Assembly: GCA_965207735.1 (NCBI GenBank)
Contig: OZ242296.1
Location: 832,001 to 896,000, forward strand
Length of the DNA stretch: 64,000 nt
Direction: 5' to 3'
Origin: Candidatus Versatilivorator sp.
GTDB lineage: Bacteria > Acidobacteriota > Terriglobia > Versatilivoradales > Versatilivoraceae
Shown: positions 47,953-58,062 of the stretch, piece by piece
Layout: every line of letters starts with the position of its first letter
How positions within the stretch are numbered: position 1 is the stretch's first letter
Made by a program: the position numbers and the translations under genes
The notes under the pieces: generated by a model
The model's database searches: none
Seen by the model: the letters and a program-made list of their open reading frames with translations, nothing else
Told to the model about the DNA's origin: nothing

Positions 47953-48019
47953 TCCGCAGCTCTCCAGTCCCCAGGCGTTGGCTTCCAGTGCACCGGCATC
48001 GGCCAAAAGAAGGCATGTC

Positions 48020-48667
48020 ATGAAAACCTTTTTCGTTGGGTCGGTCGTTTTCTTCTGTGCCGGCCTCTTCTCCCAGGCCTCCCTCCACGGTCAGGCCACC
48101 CGATCTTACCTGGTGCCCGAGGGGACCCGAATACAGGTGCGCCTGGAATCGACCCTCAACTCCAAGGCCAATCGGCAGGGAGACCGCTTTACCGTCAAGG
48201 TGGTCGAAAGTGTGCAGGTTCGGGGCAAGGAGGTCATCCCGGTTGGCACCACCGTGGAGGGCCGGGTTGCCGAAGTCCGACACGCCGGCCGCATCAAGGG
48301 TCGGGCGGAGGTCAATCTTTCCTACGAACGATTGATCTTCCCCAACGGTGTTTCGGAGACCATCATCGCCTCCCAGGCCGAGTTGGACGACACGCAAGAA
48401 GAGGAAATGGATCGCCGGGAAGGAACCATCCTGGGAGAATCCACCCGCAAGCGCAGCGCCGCCGAGATTGGAGCCGGGGCGGCCATCGGCGCCGGTATTG
48501 GAGCCATAGCCGGGGGCCGGAAGGGGGCAGCCATCGGCGCCGGCGCGGGCGGGCTTATTGGCCTGGTTGACGCCTTGAGACGGGGTGGCAAGGAAATAGA
48601 AATCCCTGCAGGAACTCTCATGGTCATTCGCCTGGATCGCCCGTTGACGGTCATCTCCACCAGGTAA
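48020..48667 (+). CDS. Exported hypothetical protein with glycine zipper
   Basis: Signal peptide, VP.GT...V.L...L.S, IP.GT, GAAIGAGIGAIAGG.KGAAIGAGAG. Confidence 0.75.
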   Translation: MKTFFVGSVVFFCAGLFSQASLHGQATRSYLVPEGTRIQVRLESTLNSKANRQGDRFTVKVVESVQVRGKEVIPVGTTVEGRVAEVRHAGRIKGRAEVNLSYERLIFPNGVSETIIASQAELDDTQEEEMDRREGTILGESTRKRSAAEIGAGAAIGAGIGAIAGGRKGAAIGAGAGGLIGLVDALRRGGKEIEIPAGTLMVIRLDRPLTVISTR

Positions 48668-48732
48668 GATGTAGTCGCTCCAGACGGGAAAGTCTGAATG
48701 TCGACCACGGATCCACACCGAAATCCTCCTCC

Positions 48733-49599
48733 ATGGCGCCCGCAGATGTTTCCGGACAAAGTGCCAGTCATGCAATAGCCCGGGCCGGTCCATTCTGCGC
48801 GGTGGTGCTGGAACAACTTGCCGAGGGCGCCTCCAATCTGGCGTTGGATGAACTGTTGTTGCGCCGGGTTTCGGCAGAATCGGTTGCGACCGAAACCTTT
48901 TTGCGCTTCTACGGTTGGCCGGAACCGACATTGTCCCTGGGCATGGCGCAGCAAGCTTCCCGGGTGGTGGATTTCGGGTATTGTCGGCGCCGCGGGATTG
49001 CGGTCGCTCGCCGATCCACCGGGGGCAAGGCGGTCCTGCACCATCGGGAAGTCACCTACGCCTTCATATCCAACGATCGCTCCCTCTTCCCCGCCTGGAC
49101 TATCGAAGCAACCTACCGAGAGATTTCGAAAGCCCTGCAGCAGGGACTGGAACGGCTGGGAATTGCTACCACCCTTGCCGGATCGGCCACCGTCCAACGA
49201 AACGATCTTCGCTCTCGTCGCAGCCACGCCTGCTTTGCCAGCGCCCTCCACCACGAGATTCTGTTCGCGGGGAAAAAGCTTGTCGGCAGTGCCCAGCGAA
49301 GGACGCTGCGGGGATTTCTGCAGCATGGATCCATTCTCCTGGACTTCGATCTGCGTCTTCTGCAAGGTGCCCTGCGGGGGCATACCCCCTCAGACCTGGC
49401 CTCAAACGTTGCGACCCTCACCTCCTGCCTGGGGAAGACGCCGGAGTTCTCCGCTGTGGTGTCCTGCCTCCTGGAGGGCTTTCGACAGGTCCTCAACATC
49501 CGGATGGTGACCCGGCCCATGGACCCGTGCATTCGGTGTGAGGCAGAGAGGTTGGGTAGAAGCCGCCTGGTAAGCCCCTTCCATTCCTCTTGCGGTTAG
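48733..49599 (+). CDS. Lipoate-protein ligase family (LipM/LplA-like)
   Basis: N.ALDE.LL, LRFY.W...TLSLG, RR.TGG.AVLH, CF, GKKLVGSAQ.R, QHGSI. Confidence 0.9.
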   Translation: MAPADVSGQSASHAIARAGPFCAVVLEQLAEGASNLALDELLLRRVSAESVATETFLRFYGWPEPTLSLGMAQQASRVVDFGYCRRRGIAVARRSTGGKAVLHHREVTYAFISNDRSLFPAWTIEATYREISKALQQGLERLGIATTLAGSATVQRNDLRSRRSHACFASALHHEILFAGKKLVGSAQRRTLRGFLQHGSILLDFDLRLLQGALRGHTPSDLASNVATLTSCLGKTPEFSAVVSCLLEGFRQVLNIRMVTRPMDPCIRCEAERLGRSRLVSPFHSSCG

Positions 49600-49729
49600 A
49601 GTCCGGGTTCCAAGGACTCTCACCACAATGGACATGGGGTGTGATTGCTCCTCCAATGGCGGAGCAGTTGGAGAAATTCTGCTGAACGATAGGGTCTAAC
49701 GGGGAGACACGCCAGCAAGCCAAAAGCCC

Positions 49730-49758
49730 TTGACACTCCAGGGTTCAGATACTATAAA
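49730..49758 (+). promoter_or_regulatory. Sigma70 promoter of the hrcA-grpE-dnaJ operon
   Basis: Near-consensus TTGACA-N17-TATAAA, 35 nt upstream of the hrcA ATG. Confidence 0.7.
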
Positions 49759-49792
49759 CCGTTCAGTGGACTTCAATCAGGTACCGGTTCCG

Positions 49793-50875
49793 ATGGACGC
49801 CAAACACGAGTTGAACGAGCGGGAAAGAGACATTCTGAGGTCTGTTGTCCAGCACTATATCGCCAGTGGCAAACCGGTAGGCTCCCGAATCCTTTCCAAG
49901 GAACGCAGCCAGCGTATCAGCCCCGCCACCATTCGCAACATCATGGCCGATCTCGAGGAGGCGGGATACCTGATTCAGCCTCACACCTCAGCAGGCAGGA
50001 TACCCACCGACAAGGGATACCGATTCTACGTGGACAATCTACTGGAATCTTCCTGCCTGGACAGCTTGGATCAGGAAATGATCAACGGCAGGATCTTCAC
50101 TCCCGACTCTCAGGACAACGTCATGGAGCGGATTTCCCAGGCGATTTCTCACGCCACCAACAACGTCGGCTTTGTGATCTCTCCCTCGGTTGGCCACAGC
50201 CTGTTGAAGCACCTCGAGTTCATTCAGCTCAGCGATTCCAAGATCCTGGTTATCATCGTGTCCAAGTCGGGTTTGGTGCAAAATCGCATCATTCAAATCG
50301 ACGAATCGTTCACCCAGCGCGAGCTGGACCAGACCGCACGATTCCTGAACGAGAATTATTCCGGCTACAGCCTGCTCTTCATCCACGATGACATCCTCAG
50401 GAAGATGGACGAGGAAAAAGCCCTATACGACCGTCTTCTCAACAACATAATCCTGCTCTGCGACCAAGGACTGATCGATGAGGTGGCCGAGCCCGATGTC
50501 GACATATACCTCGACGGCGCCTCCAACTTCCTGGGACAACCCGAGTTTGCCGACACCAGGCGGATGCGGTCCATTTTCAAGACTTTCGAGGAAAAGAGCC
50601 GGCTGGTCAAGATCCTCAACCAGTGTCTTCAATCTCGCTCCGGAGGGGGGGTGCGAATCATCATCGGCTCGGAAAACGCGTTGCCGGGAATGAGGGAGTA
50701 CACCTTGATCTCATCCCCCTTGACCATCCATGACCAGAATCTGGGTTCGGTGGGGATCCTGGGACCAACGCGTATGGAATATGGCAAAGCCATCAACACC
50801 GTTGACTATGTCGCCAAGCTCTACGGCCAGCTCCTCAGCGCCGACTCCGGAAGCGGCGAAGTGGCGCGCCTCTGA
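49793..50875 (+). CDS. hrcA: Heat-inducible transcription repressor HrcA
   Basis: PVGSR, SPATIRN.MADLE..G.L.QPHTSAGRIPTD.GYRFYVD, IG.EN, GPTRM.Y. Confidence 0.97.
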   Translation: MDAKHELNERERDILRSVVQHYIASGKPVGSRILSKERSQRISPATIRNIMADLEEAGYLIQPHTSAGRIPTDKGYRFYVDNLLESSCLDSLDQEMINGRIFTPDSQDNVMERISQAISHATNNVGFVISPSVGHSLLKHLEFIQLSDSKILVIIVSKSGLVQNRIIQIDESFTQRELDQTARFLNENYSGYSLLFIHDDILRKMDEEKALYDRLLNNIILLCDQGLIDEVAEPDVDIYLDGASNFLGQPEFADTRRMRSIFKTFEEKSRLVKILNQCLQSRSGGGVRIIIGSENALPGMREYTLISSPLTIHDQNLGSVGILGPTRMEYGKAINTVDYVAKLYGQLLSADSGSGEVARL

Positions 50876-50946
50876 TTGAAATCCCCATTCAAGTCGACAA
50901 GCGGTGCCGGTACGCCCGCTTTCAGCGGCCAAGCCATTTCGCGGAG

Positions 50947-51690
50947 ATGTCCGGGCTAGAAGCGCCGGTGTCGTCGCGCAGGATGACCAACGCCATGCCG
51001 TCAACTCCAGAAAAAAATAGAGAGACACCCCAGGCCGCGACCGCCGCGGAGGCTGAGCACCCGTCACCCGCGCTCGAGGGAGGTCGGGGAAATAATCGAG
51101 AGTACGCTACCCAGGAGGGTTCCGCTAACGCACCGCCGCCAGGTGAGGTTTCGCAGGAAGCTGCCGGTGAGACCCGGACGGACGGAAAGATCGAAGGAGC
51201 CCTTGCTGCGGAACGCCTCCACCGGCTCAAGGCCGACAATGCGGCGCTCTATCAGCGGCTGCTCCGGCTTCAGGCCGAATTCGAGAACTTCCGCAAGAGG
51301 ACCGAGCGGGAAAAGCAGGACTTCTTCGATTATTCCCTGGCTGATTTTCTTCGCAAGCTGCTACCGGTTCTGGACGCGTTCGAACGGGGTCTTGAGGTTG
51401 CCGAGGGCGATACGGTTGCAGACTTCAAGGCCGGGTTTCAACTGGTGCTGAAGCAATTCACGGACGTGCTCACCCAGGCTGGGCTGGAACCCATTGAAAC
51501 TTCTGGTCAAACCTTCGATCCCAACCGCCATCAAGCCCTGATGCGGGAGGAGACGGAGGCTTTTGCCGAGAATCAGATCATCGGTGAACTGCAGCCGGGC
51601 TATACTTTCAAGGGACGCCTGCTTCGCCCGTCGCTGGTGATAGTTGCTGCCGCTCCGGAAAAGACAGCGACTGACACACAGAAAAACTGA
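50947..51690 (+). CDS. grpE: Nucleotide exchange factor GrpE (start uncertain)
   Basis: R.QAEFENFRKR, LLPVLD.FER, FDPN.H.A, GY....R.LRP.LV.V. Confidence 0.95.
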   Translation: MSGLEAPVSSRRMTNAMPSTPEKNRETPQAATAAEAEHPSPALEGGRGNNREYATQEGSANAPPPGEVSQEAAGETRTDGKIEGALAAERLHRLKADNAALYQRLLRLQAEFENFRKRTEREKQDFFDYSLADFLRKLLPVLDAFERGLEVAEGDTVADFKAGFQLVLKQFTDVLTQAGLEPIETSGQTFDPNRHQALMREETEAFAENQIIGELQPGYTFKGRLLRPSLVIVAAAPEKTATDTQKN

Positions 51691-51713
51691 CTGGGTGGAG
51701 GGAGATAGCCGTT

Positions 51714-52829
51714 TTGAGTAAACGCGATTACTACGAAGTGCTCGGTGTTTCCAAGTCGGCCAGCGACCAGGAGGTCAAGAGCGCCTATCGCAGGCAGGCC
51801 GTCAAGTACCACCCCGACAAGAATCCGGGAGACCAGTCCACCGAGGAAAAATTCAAGGAAGCGGCCCAAGCCTACAGTGTCCTGGGCGATCCGCAGAAAC
51901 GGGCCCAATACGACCGCTTCGGCCACAGTTCGGTCAGTGGCAGCGGGGGCGCCGGCTTCGATCCCACCATCTTTTCGGAGTTCGGAGACATATTTGGCGA
52001 CTTTTTTGGTTTTGGAGATCTGTTCGGCGCCTCTTCCCGCCGCCAATCTTCCGCCCGCAGGGGAGCCGACCTCCGCTACGACCTGCAGATCGACTTCATG
52101 GACGCGGCATTTGGAATGAAGACCAGGATCAAAGTGCCGCGCATGGAAGCGTGCGGTACCTGCCAGGGTTCCGGCGTTCCGCCCGGGGCAGCGCCTTCAA
52201 CCTGTCCCACTTGCCACGGACAGGGCCAGATGCGTTACCAGCAGGGGTTTTTCAGCATCAGCCGCACCTGCCACCATTGCCATGGCTCGGGCCGTCTGAT
52301 CAAGGACCATTGCAGCCACTGCCGGGGAGAGGGGCGCATCCAGCGGGAGCGCTTCCTGCAGGTGACGATTCCGGCCGGAGTGGACACCGGTTCCAGGGTG
52401 CGGTACACCGGAGAGGGCGAGGGCGGTCTTCAGGGAGGGCCGCCGGGAGACCTGTACGTGGTCCTGAGGGTGGGTGACCATGAGATCTTCGAGCGCCAGG
52501 AGAATGATATTCATTGCAGGATTCCCATCAGCTATACCCAGGCCGCATTGGGCGCCACCATCACGGTCCCTACCCTTGAAGGAGAAGAAAACCTGTCAAT
52601 CCCGCCAGGCACTCAAAGTGGCAAAGTCTTTCGCCTGAGGGGCAAGGGCATCCCCGGTGTCAACGGCCGCGGGCGTGGAGACGAATTCGTCTCCGTCAAC
52701 GTGGTCACGCCCAGGAAGCTCAATCGGGAACAGCGCCGCTTGCTGGAGCAGTTGGCGCAATTGACTCCGCTGGAGAACAAGCCGCTGGAGCGGGGATTGT
52801 TCGATCGGGTCAAGGACATCCTGGGTTGA
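51714..52829 (+). CDS. dnaJ: Chaperone DnaJ
   Basis: J domain with HPD, G/F region, four CxxCxGxG repeats. Confidence 0.97.
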   Translation: MSKRDYYEVLGVSKSASDQEVKSAYRRQAVKYHPDKNPGDQSTEEKFKEAAQAYSVLGDPQKRAQYDRFGHSSVSGSGGAGFDPTIFSEFGDIFGDFFGFGDLFGASSRRQSSARRGADLRYDLQIDFMDAAFGMKTRIKVPRMEACGTCQGSGVPPGAAPSTCPTCHGQGQMRYQQGFFSISRTCHHCHGSGRLIKDHCSHCRGEGRIQRERFLQVTIPAGVDTGSRVRYTGEGEGGLQGGPPGDLYVVLRVGDHEIFERQENDIHCRIPISYTQAALGATITVPTLEGEENLSIPPGTQSGKVFRLRGKGIPGVNGRGRGDEFVSVNVVTPRKLNREQRRLLEQLAQLTPLENKPLERGLFDRVKDILG

Positions 52830-52954
52830 TCGCAAAGACCCGCCTCTTGCCTGTGGAATTTCCCCGCACCGACAGGCCCTAGACGGGACCTCCTCCACCT
52901 GGTTCCGGCTCATCGGAACCTGCAGCCGGAACCGCCCTTCTCCACAAAGCATCC

Positions 52955-53818
52955 ATGCGGCAATGGTATTTTCTCCAGTTCTCCCTTCACCCCCGGCATC
53001 TTGAATCGGCTTCGACCGTCGTCGCCGAAATAGGGACCCGAGGCATCCACGAACAACCTCTGAAGTCCGGCGAGGTCCTGCTGAAGGCCTACTTCGATCC
53101 TTCCACAGACATCAGTCGGGTCCGGCGGGATTTCCAGGCGCTATGCCGGGAGTCTGCCGTCCCTCTTGCAGGCTGCGCCATCGGAATCGAGGCAGAGAAG
53201 GACTGGCTGAGGGAATGGCGCCAGCGCCTGAAGCCGTTTCCTGTCGGCGCCCGCTGGTGGATCAACCCTGGGGCGGGACCATCCCCGGCCGCCGTCCAGA
53301 ACCGCATCCCCATCTGGTTGGAGCCCCAAATGGCCTTTGGATCCGGAACGCACGAATCGACCCAACTCTGCTTGGAGGTGCTGGAGACACTGCCCTTGAC
53401 CGGCACAACGGTGCTCGACATCGGCACCGGCTCCGGTATTCTGGCGATCGCCGCCGCCAAACTGGGCGCTGAATGTATCCTGGCCTGCGATATCGACCCT
53501 GTCGCCGTTCAGGTGGCCAAGTCCAACTTTAGTCGCAATCGAGTTGACCAACCGATCCGCCTGTTCACGGGAGAAGTCGAGGCCCTCGGCCGGCGCGGAT
53601 TCGACGTCATCCTGGCCAACCTGGAAGGCAACCTGATCGACCAAAAACTGAAGCACTTCGGCCAACATCTCAAGCCGGAGGGCCGCCTTGTTCTCTCCGG
53701 TTTGCTGGGACGGGATGCGATCCGCATTCGCCGGTCGGCACGGATTCGAAACCTGCCGCTGACCCTGCTGGAAGATCTTGCCAAGGGGGAATGGCGGTGC
53801 CTGGTGTTCTGTCTCTGA
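52955..53818 (+). CDS. prmA: Ribosomal protein L11 methyltransferase
   Basis: MAFGSG.H.ST, VLD.GTGSGIL.IAA.KLGA, D.DP.A. Confidence 0.93.
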   Translation: MRQWYFLQFSLHPRHLESASTVVAEIGTRGIHEQPLKSGEVLLKAYFDPSTDISRVRRDFQALCRESAVPLAGCAIGIEAEKDWLREWRQRLKPFPVGARWWINPGAGPSPAAVQNRIPIWLEPQMAFGSGTHESTQLCLEVLETLPLTGTTVLDIGTGSGILAIAAAKLGAECILACDIDPVAVQVAKSNFSRNRVDQPIRLFTGEVEALGRRGFDVILANLEGNLIDQKLKHFGQHLKPEGRLVLSGLLGRDAIRIRRSARIRNLPLTLLEDLAKGEWRCLVFCL

Positions 53819-53832
53819 AATAGGGGTCAGCC

Positions 53833-54570
53833 ATGCCGGTCCGAAGATTCTTTCTAGCCACCCCCCCCAGCGGAACCGTCGCCATGCTGGAGGATCGGGA
53901 GGCATACCACCTGATTCATGTCCTGCGGGCGGAGGTCGGCGCCGTCGTGGAACTCATCGATGGAAAGGGACGTTTATGGTCGGCACGGGTCGGGGCGATC
54001 TTGGAGGACCGGGTCCGGTTGGTGGAGGTGGCTCTGCTCTCGGAGATAGCCGCGCCAGAGGTCAGACTGACGCTGATCCAGGCCCTCTGCAAATCCGATC
54101 GGTTGGCCTGGATTCTCCAGAAGGCCACCGAACTGGAGGTTTCAGAGATTTACCTGGTTCACGCTCGGCGTTCCGTGGTCAGGATATCCCGCGACCGGCA
54201 ACCCGCCAAGCTGGAACGCTGGAAGACCATCCTTGTCAACGCGGCCAAGCAGTGCCGTCGTTCGACCATACCCACCCTCCATCCACCCCTGGACTGCCGG
54301 GAGGTGTGCGAAACCGTTGAATCCACGCTGAAGCTTCTGCTTCAGGCCTCCCCCCAGGCCATTCCCCTCAAGAAGCTGCTAAAAGGCAAGTCCTGGAAGT
54401 CGGTCGCCTTTGCCGTGGGCCCTGAAGGCGGATGGACCGACGAGGAAAGCCAAACCTTTCTGCGCAGCGGATTTCAACCGGCCGACCTGGGCAACAGCAG
54501 GCTGAGAACCGAGACCGCGGCCACGGTTGCGGCAGCGCTTTTGCGGTACGAGCTGTTTCCTGGAAATTGA
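53833..54570 (+). CDS. rsmE: 16S rRNA m3U1498 methyltransferase
   Basis: HL..VLR, K.TEL.V, A.KQC.R, GPEGG, LG..RLRTETA. Confidence 0.93.
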   Translation: MPVRRFFLATPPSGTVAMLEDREAYHLIHVLRAEVGAVVELIDGKGRLWSARVGAILEDRVRLVEVALLSEIAAPEVRLTLIQALCKSDRLAWILQKATELEVSEIYLVHARRSVVRISRDRQPAKLERWKTILVNAAKQCRRSTIPTLHPPLDCREVCETVESTLKLLLQASPQAIPLKKLLKGKSWKSVAFAVGPEGGWTDEESQTFLRSGFQPADLGNSRLRTETAATVAAALLRYELFPGN

Positions 54571-54605
54571 TTGCTTCCGAACTGACCTTGAAATAGTATC
54601 CGCAC

Positions 54606-55556
54606 TTGATGAAACAGGACGTCCCGAAGTCCATTCGCCCGACATCGCGCCTCGGCCGCTCCCATCCGTCCACTGCTTGCCGCCCCGTCGTCCGATGGAC
54701 TGTCCGTTCCTTCCGACGACCTTGCTCCCTATTGCTGGTTCTGGCGGCATTTGCCCTTCCCTCGGCCGCACAGCAGCGCCCTTTGCAAACCGAAGATCCT
54801 ACCATCCTGAAAGCAGGTCGCGCCTCCCTGGAATTCGGCTTCGATTTCCTGCAGGACGCCCAATTTCCAGTCTCGGGATTGAGAGGAGATCAGACCAGCC
54901 TGGGAGTCATGGGACTGCATATCAGTCTGGCCGGGGTGGCGGAAGTGCAGATGGACTGGACGGCCCACAACCTGCTCTCGGTAACCGAGGCCTCCCCTGC
55001 CCCGGTGAGACCCCATTTGAGTTCAGGCGGGACCGCAACCAGCGACTACGGGGACCTCTTTCTCTCCACCAAGATACGCATGCTGCACGAAGCAGGCCCC
55101 AAGCCCTCCTTCGGTTTCTTTACCTCGGTTCAGGTGCCCAATGCTTCCACGGCCAAGGGGTTGGGCCTGAACGCTACCCAATATCGCGGTGGCATTCTGG
55201 TGGGAAAACACTTCGGCAAGCTGCATGTCTTTGGCAACCTCGGCTTGGGAATTCTGGCCAACCCCGTGCTGGCGGGGGTGCAAAACGACGTCATGCTCTA
55301 TGGACTGGCCGGGGTCTACCCTCTCACCTCCAAGGTCAATCTGGCCGGAGAGGTGTTCGGCCACCGCAACAGCCGACACCAGGCGCCCCTGGGAACCGAG
55401 AGCCTCTCCCAGTTCCGCCTGGGACTTCAGATCCATGCCGGCGGTCTGCGCTGGGATGTCGGCGCCCTGGCCGGGCTGGCGGACCACTCCCCCCGGTCGG
55501 GAATCGTGTTTGGCCTGACCAAGCAGTTCGATTCCTTCCTCTCGCCCAAGAAGTAA
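54606..55556 (+). CDS. Hypothetical outer-membrane beta-barrel protein (start uncertain)
   Basis: Signal-like segment ending AAQQRPLQTED, alternating amphipathic strands, GD..LSTK. Confidence 0.6.
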   Translation: MMKQDVPKSIRPTSRLGRSHPSTACRPVVRWTVRSFRRPCSLLLVLAAFALPSAAQQRPLQTEDPTILKAGRASLEFGFDFLQDAQFPVSGLRGDQTSLGVMGLHISLAGVAEVQMDWTAHNLLSVTEASPAPVRPHLSSGGTATSDYGDLFLSTKIRMLHEAGPKPSFGFFTSVQVPNASTAKGLGLNATQYRGGILVGKHFGKLHVFGNLGLGILANPVLAGVQNDVMLYGLAGVYPLTSKVNLAGEVFGHRNSRHQAPLGTESLSQFRLGLQIHAGGLRWDVGALAGLADHSPRSGIVFGLTKQFDSFLSPKK

Positions 55557-55594
55557 CCCAGGGACGCAAGCCCTCCATTCCCCAATTGAAGCAA

Positions 55595-56893
55595 TTAAGG
55601 CGCGATGGCCAGGAATCTGGGTTGCACACCAATTCCACCGATGCTTGTTTCCACTTGTCCGGTGCCGGTATCAATGCTAAGCAAGGTCCTCGTCTCAGGG
55701 CTGATGGCAAAGAGGTCCCTGCTGTCGCTGCTCAACACTAGATCGCTGAATGGCACGGTGGTCCTGAAAATCCCCTCACGGGTCCAGGAGCTTGTGGTGT
55801 CGAAGATGTGGATCTCATCGGCCGTGAGCGACGTGTGTACAAGCTCTTTCGGGGCACAGCCAACAAATGCTCTATTGCCATTGGGGGAACGGCGTAAACC
55901 TCCGACATGAAGGACCCTGTGGGACTCACTCAATCGAGGAGCCAGCGTTGGATTGATCCGAAATGGACTTACCCCAATCCGTGCCTCATATATCTCTCCG
56001 TTGTTCATAATCAGTCCGAGTTTCCGAGCATCGGCTGAAGGACATATCTGCGCCAGGGGTCTCTTCAATACCCTCCTACCCGTGGCAACTGAGGAGAGGC
56101 CCAATGGCACTTCCACTGTCTGAGATTCCTTCAAGGAACCGTCGGCAGCTAGGTTGATCAAACGAGGCCCACGGGAGCCGCACTGTACAACCAACTGCCA
56201 TGACCCGGAGACCGGAATGATTTTGGGAAAGCCACAATCGGGCAACCCGGCCTCCTGGGGCAAGAACTTTTCCCTGATTGTGTCGAAGGTTTGTATCGTT
56301 TGCGCGTCCACACCTGGCCGAATCGAGCGACTCTTGGCAACGTAGACGAAACGGCCGTCTGGCGACACGGCCAGTCCCCCCGGAGCGGGCAACGTGTAAG
56401 TCAGTCTATCGGAAAGCTTGACTCGCTGTAGCAGAACCCCGGACGCGGTATCGATTGCCCAGAGCTCACCGGAGAACACTCCCGAGCCAGTGGGACCGGG
56501 CTGCCCCGACACAATGTAGAGACGGGCCCCATCAGGAGACAGAGCAAAGAAAGGAGCATAACCGGCTTCCAGTCCTCCCTTGACCCCCTCTTTTGGATCT
56601 ACCAGCCAAACCACGGACTTGTCAGCTCCAACCCTTGGATCCAGTACATACAACCAACCCGATTCTGGCTCGGACCAGCCGTTGGAGGGCTTGGCCGGTG
56701 CTGAGTAGCAGGCTGTTAGGGAAGCGACAGCTACAAACGAAAGACAGAGAACAGCTCCGCCAAGCAGGACGCTTGCCTGCCATGTTCGATGTAGTCGGTT
56801 CCTCTGACCTCCGCAGGTCCTACCTCCCTTTGATTTTGTGGAAAGAATAGACATTGATCTCCTGCTCACGCTCTCGCCGGGGATAGGTGACAA
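55595..56893 (-). CDS. Beta-propeller (lipo)protein, YncE / amine dehydrogenase heavy chain-like
   Basis: Repeated LSPDG..LY / VSPDG.FVY / SPNG.RAF blades, hydrophobic segment ending LTAC; AT-richer sequence than flanks. Confidence 0.65.
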   Translation of the reverse strand: MSPIPGESVSRRSMSILSTKSKGGRTCGGQRNRLHRTWQASVLLGGAVLCLSFVAVASLTACYSAPAKPSNGWSEPESGWLYVLDPRVGADKSVVWLVDPKEGVKGGLEAGYAPFFALSPDGARLYIVSGQPGPTGSGVFSGELWAIDTASGVLLQRVKLSDRLTYTLPAPGGLAVSPDGRFVYVAKSRSIRPGVDAQTIQTFDTIREKFLPQEAGLPDCGFPKIIPVSGSWQLVVQCGSRGPRLINLAADGSLKESQTVEVPLGLSSVATGRRVLKRPLAQICPSADARKLGLIMNNGEIYEARIGVSPFRINPTLAPRLSESHRVLHVGGLRRSPNGNRAFVGCAPKELVHTSLTADEIHIFDTTSSWTREGIFRTTVPFSDLVLSSDSRDLFAISPETRTLLSIDTGTGQVETSIGGIGVQPRFLAIAP

Positions 56894-57001
56894 TACATAT
56901 GAAACACTGTACTTGGTGTTCTTTCGTGCACCTGTTCCCAGCAGCCTGTCAGAGAATGCAGCGGAGAACGTCGGATCGCGACCCGACGCCGTTCGGCTGA
57001 A

Positions 57002-57874
57002 TCAGCCTGAATCGGATTCGAAAAAACTGCGTTGACTCTGGTTGAAAACGTAGTCGCTTTCGCTCAAGTGAATAACTTGTAACGCCTCGTGAACCAGCAC
57101 TCTCTCCGGCACGCCCTCTGATGTCATGACAGTCGATGTCGTGTGGTCGCTATCGCAGAAAGCAGCATACAGTAGCGATTGAAGCCCAAACAGGGCTAGG
57201 CGCGCAAGCGACCTGACCCAAACGACTCTGTCATTGCGTTCGTACCAATCGGTCGTATTTTGATCCCAATCCTTTGTGATCGGCATGTCCGCATTCCCGT
57301 GTACCAGATAATTCCTTGCCGCCCGACACAGGTAAAAGAAGTAAAGTTCCTTTGGCAGCTCTTGACCACGTTTCTTTATTCTCTTGCTGACGGCGCATAT
57401 GTACTCATCAAGAACAACATCCGGTGCCTTCGCATGCGTCTCTTGCTCGACCTCATGTAACCCAAAAAATCGAATTCGAGCACCCCTTTCTTCGACAAAT
57501 TTGACCGCCAGTCCGATGCGATTTTGCCGCGACAAAGTACATAGGCTGTTGATCGTCATCTCTAAGGCCATCCAGACCCACACGAACTTCGTGACCTCCG
57601 CAACATACACAGAAATCAACTTGCTCTGTGCATCATCGTAATTGGCGGCCAAACGGCAATACAAGCCACTGCCAGTATCATCTACGTAGCTTGTATCGGC
57701 TGTAATCCCAGATATGCTGGCGGCAAATTGGAGTGGCGTGGACACGGCTTCCCAATTCTTATTGACCAACGGGCTCTATGGAACATCAACATCTCTTGCA
57801 ATCAGTCTCCAAAGTCGAGCCGTATGTTCACGCATATCTATAAGAGTTGCATCTTCTGAAACATGAATTCTCAT
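57002..57874 (-). pseudogene. HEPN-motif (Rx4H) protein interrupted by an in-frame TAG at codon 33
   Basis: ATG 57874 with a GAGG RBS reads MRIHVSEDATLIDMREHTARLWRLIARDVDVP*SP, in frame with the 57002..57769 ORF. That ORF contains W.ALE and ARNYLVHG. Confidence 0.55.
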
Positions 57875-58062
57875 GGTAGAGCCTCACGACGGTAGTTAAG
57901 CCGGTGCATGATGGTAACAATCAGGTCTTCAGCGACTCATTCGAACAAATGTGATCTCGGGTGAGAAAAGCAGGCGATAGGGTGAACCACGGAGGATACG
58001 AAGTTACACCCTACAATTCCCAACATCTGGTCTCGGCGGCGAGCACGGGTAGTTTTCCGACT

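Noticed and set aside
49730-49756. CIRCE operator upstream of hrcA
   Set aside because: The right half GATACTATA matches GAGTGCTAA at only 3 of 9 positions; the left half is explained by the -35 box.
56960-57000. Integron attC site after the HEPN-like gene (GCCGAAC...GTTCTCC hairpin on the minus strand)
   Set aside because: Only ~35 bp, too short for attC; there is no integrase or second cassette. More likely a simple hairpin.
57776-57778. Pyrrolysine recoding of the amber codon
   Set aside because: No pyl genes in the window, and TAG is used as a normal stop in several genes here (coxM, htrA, atpE).
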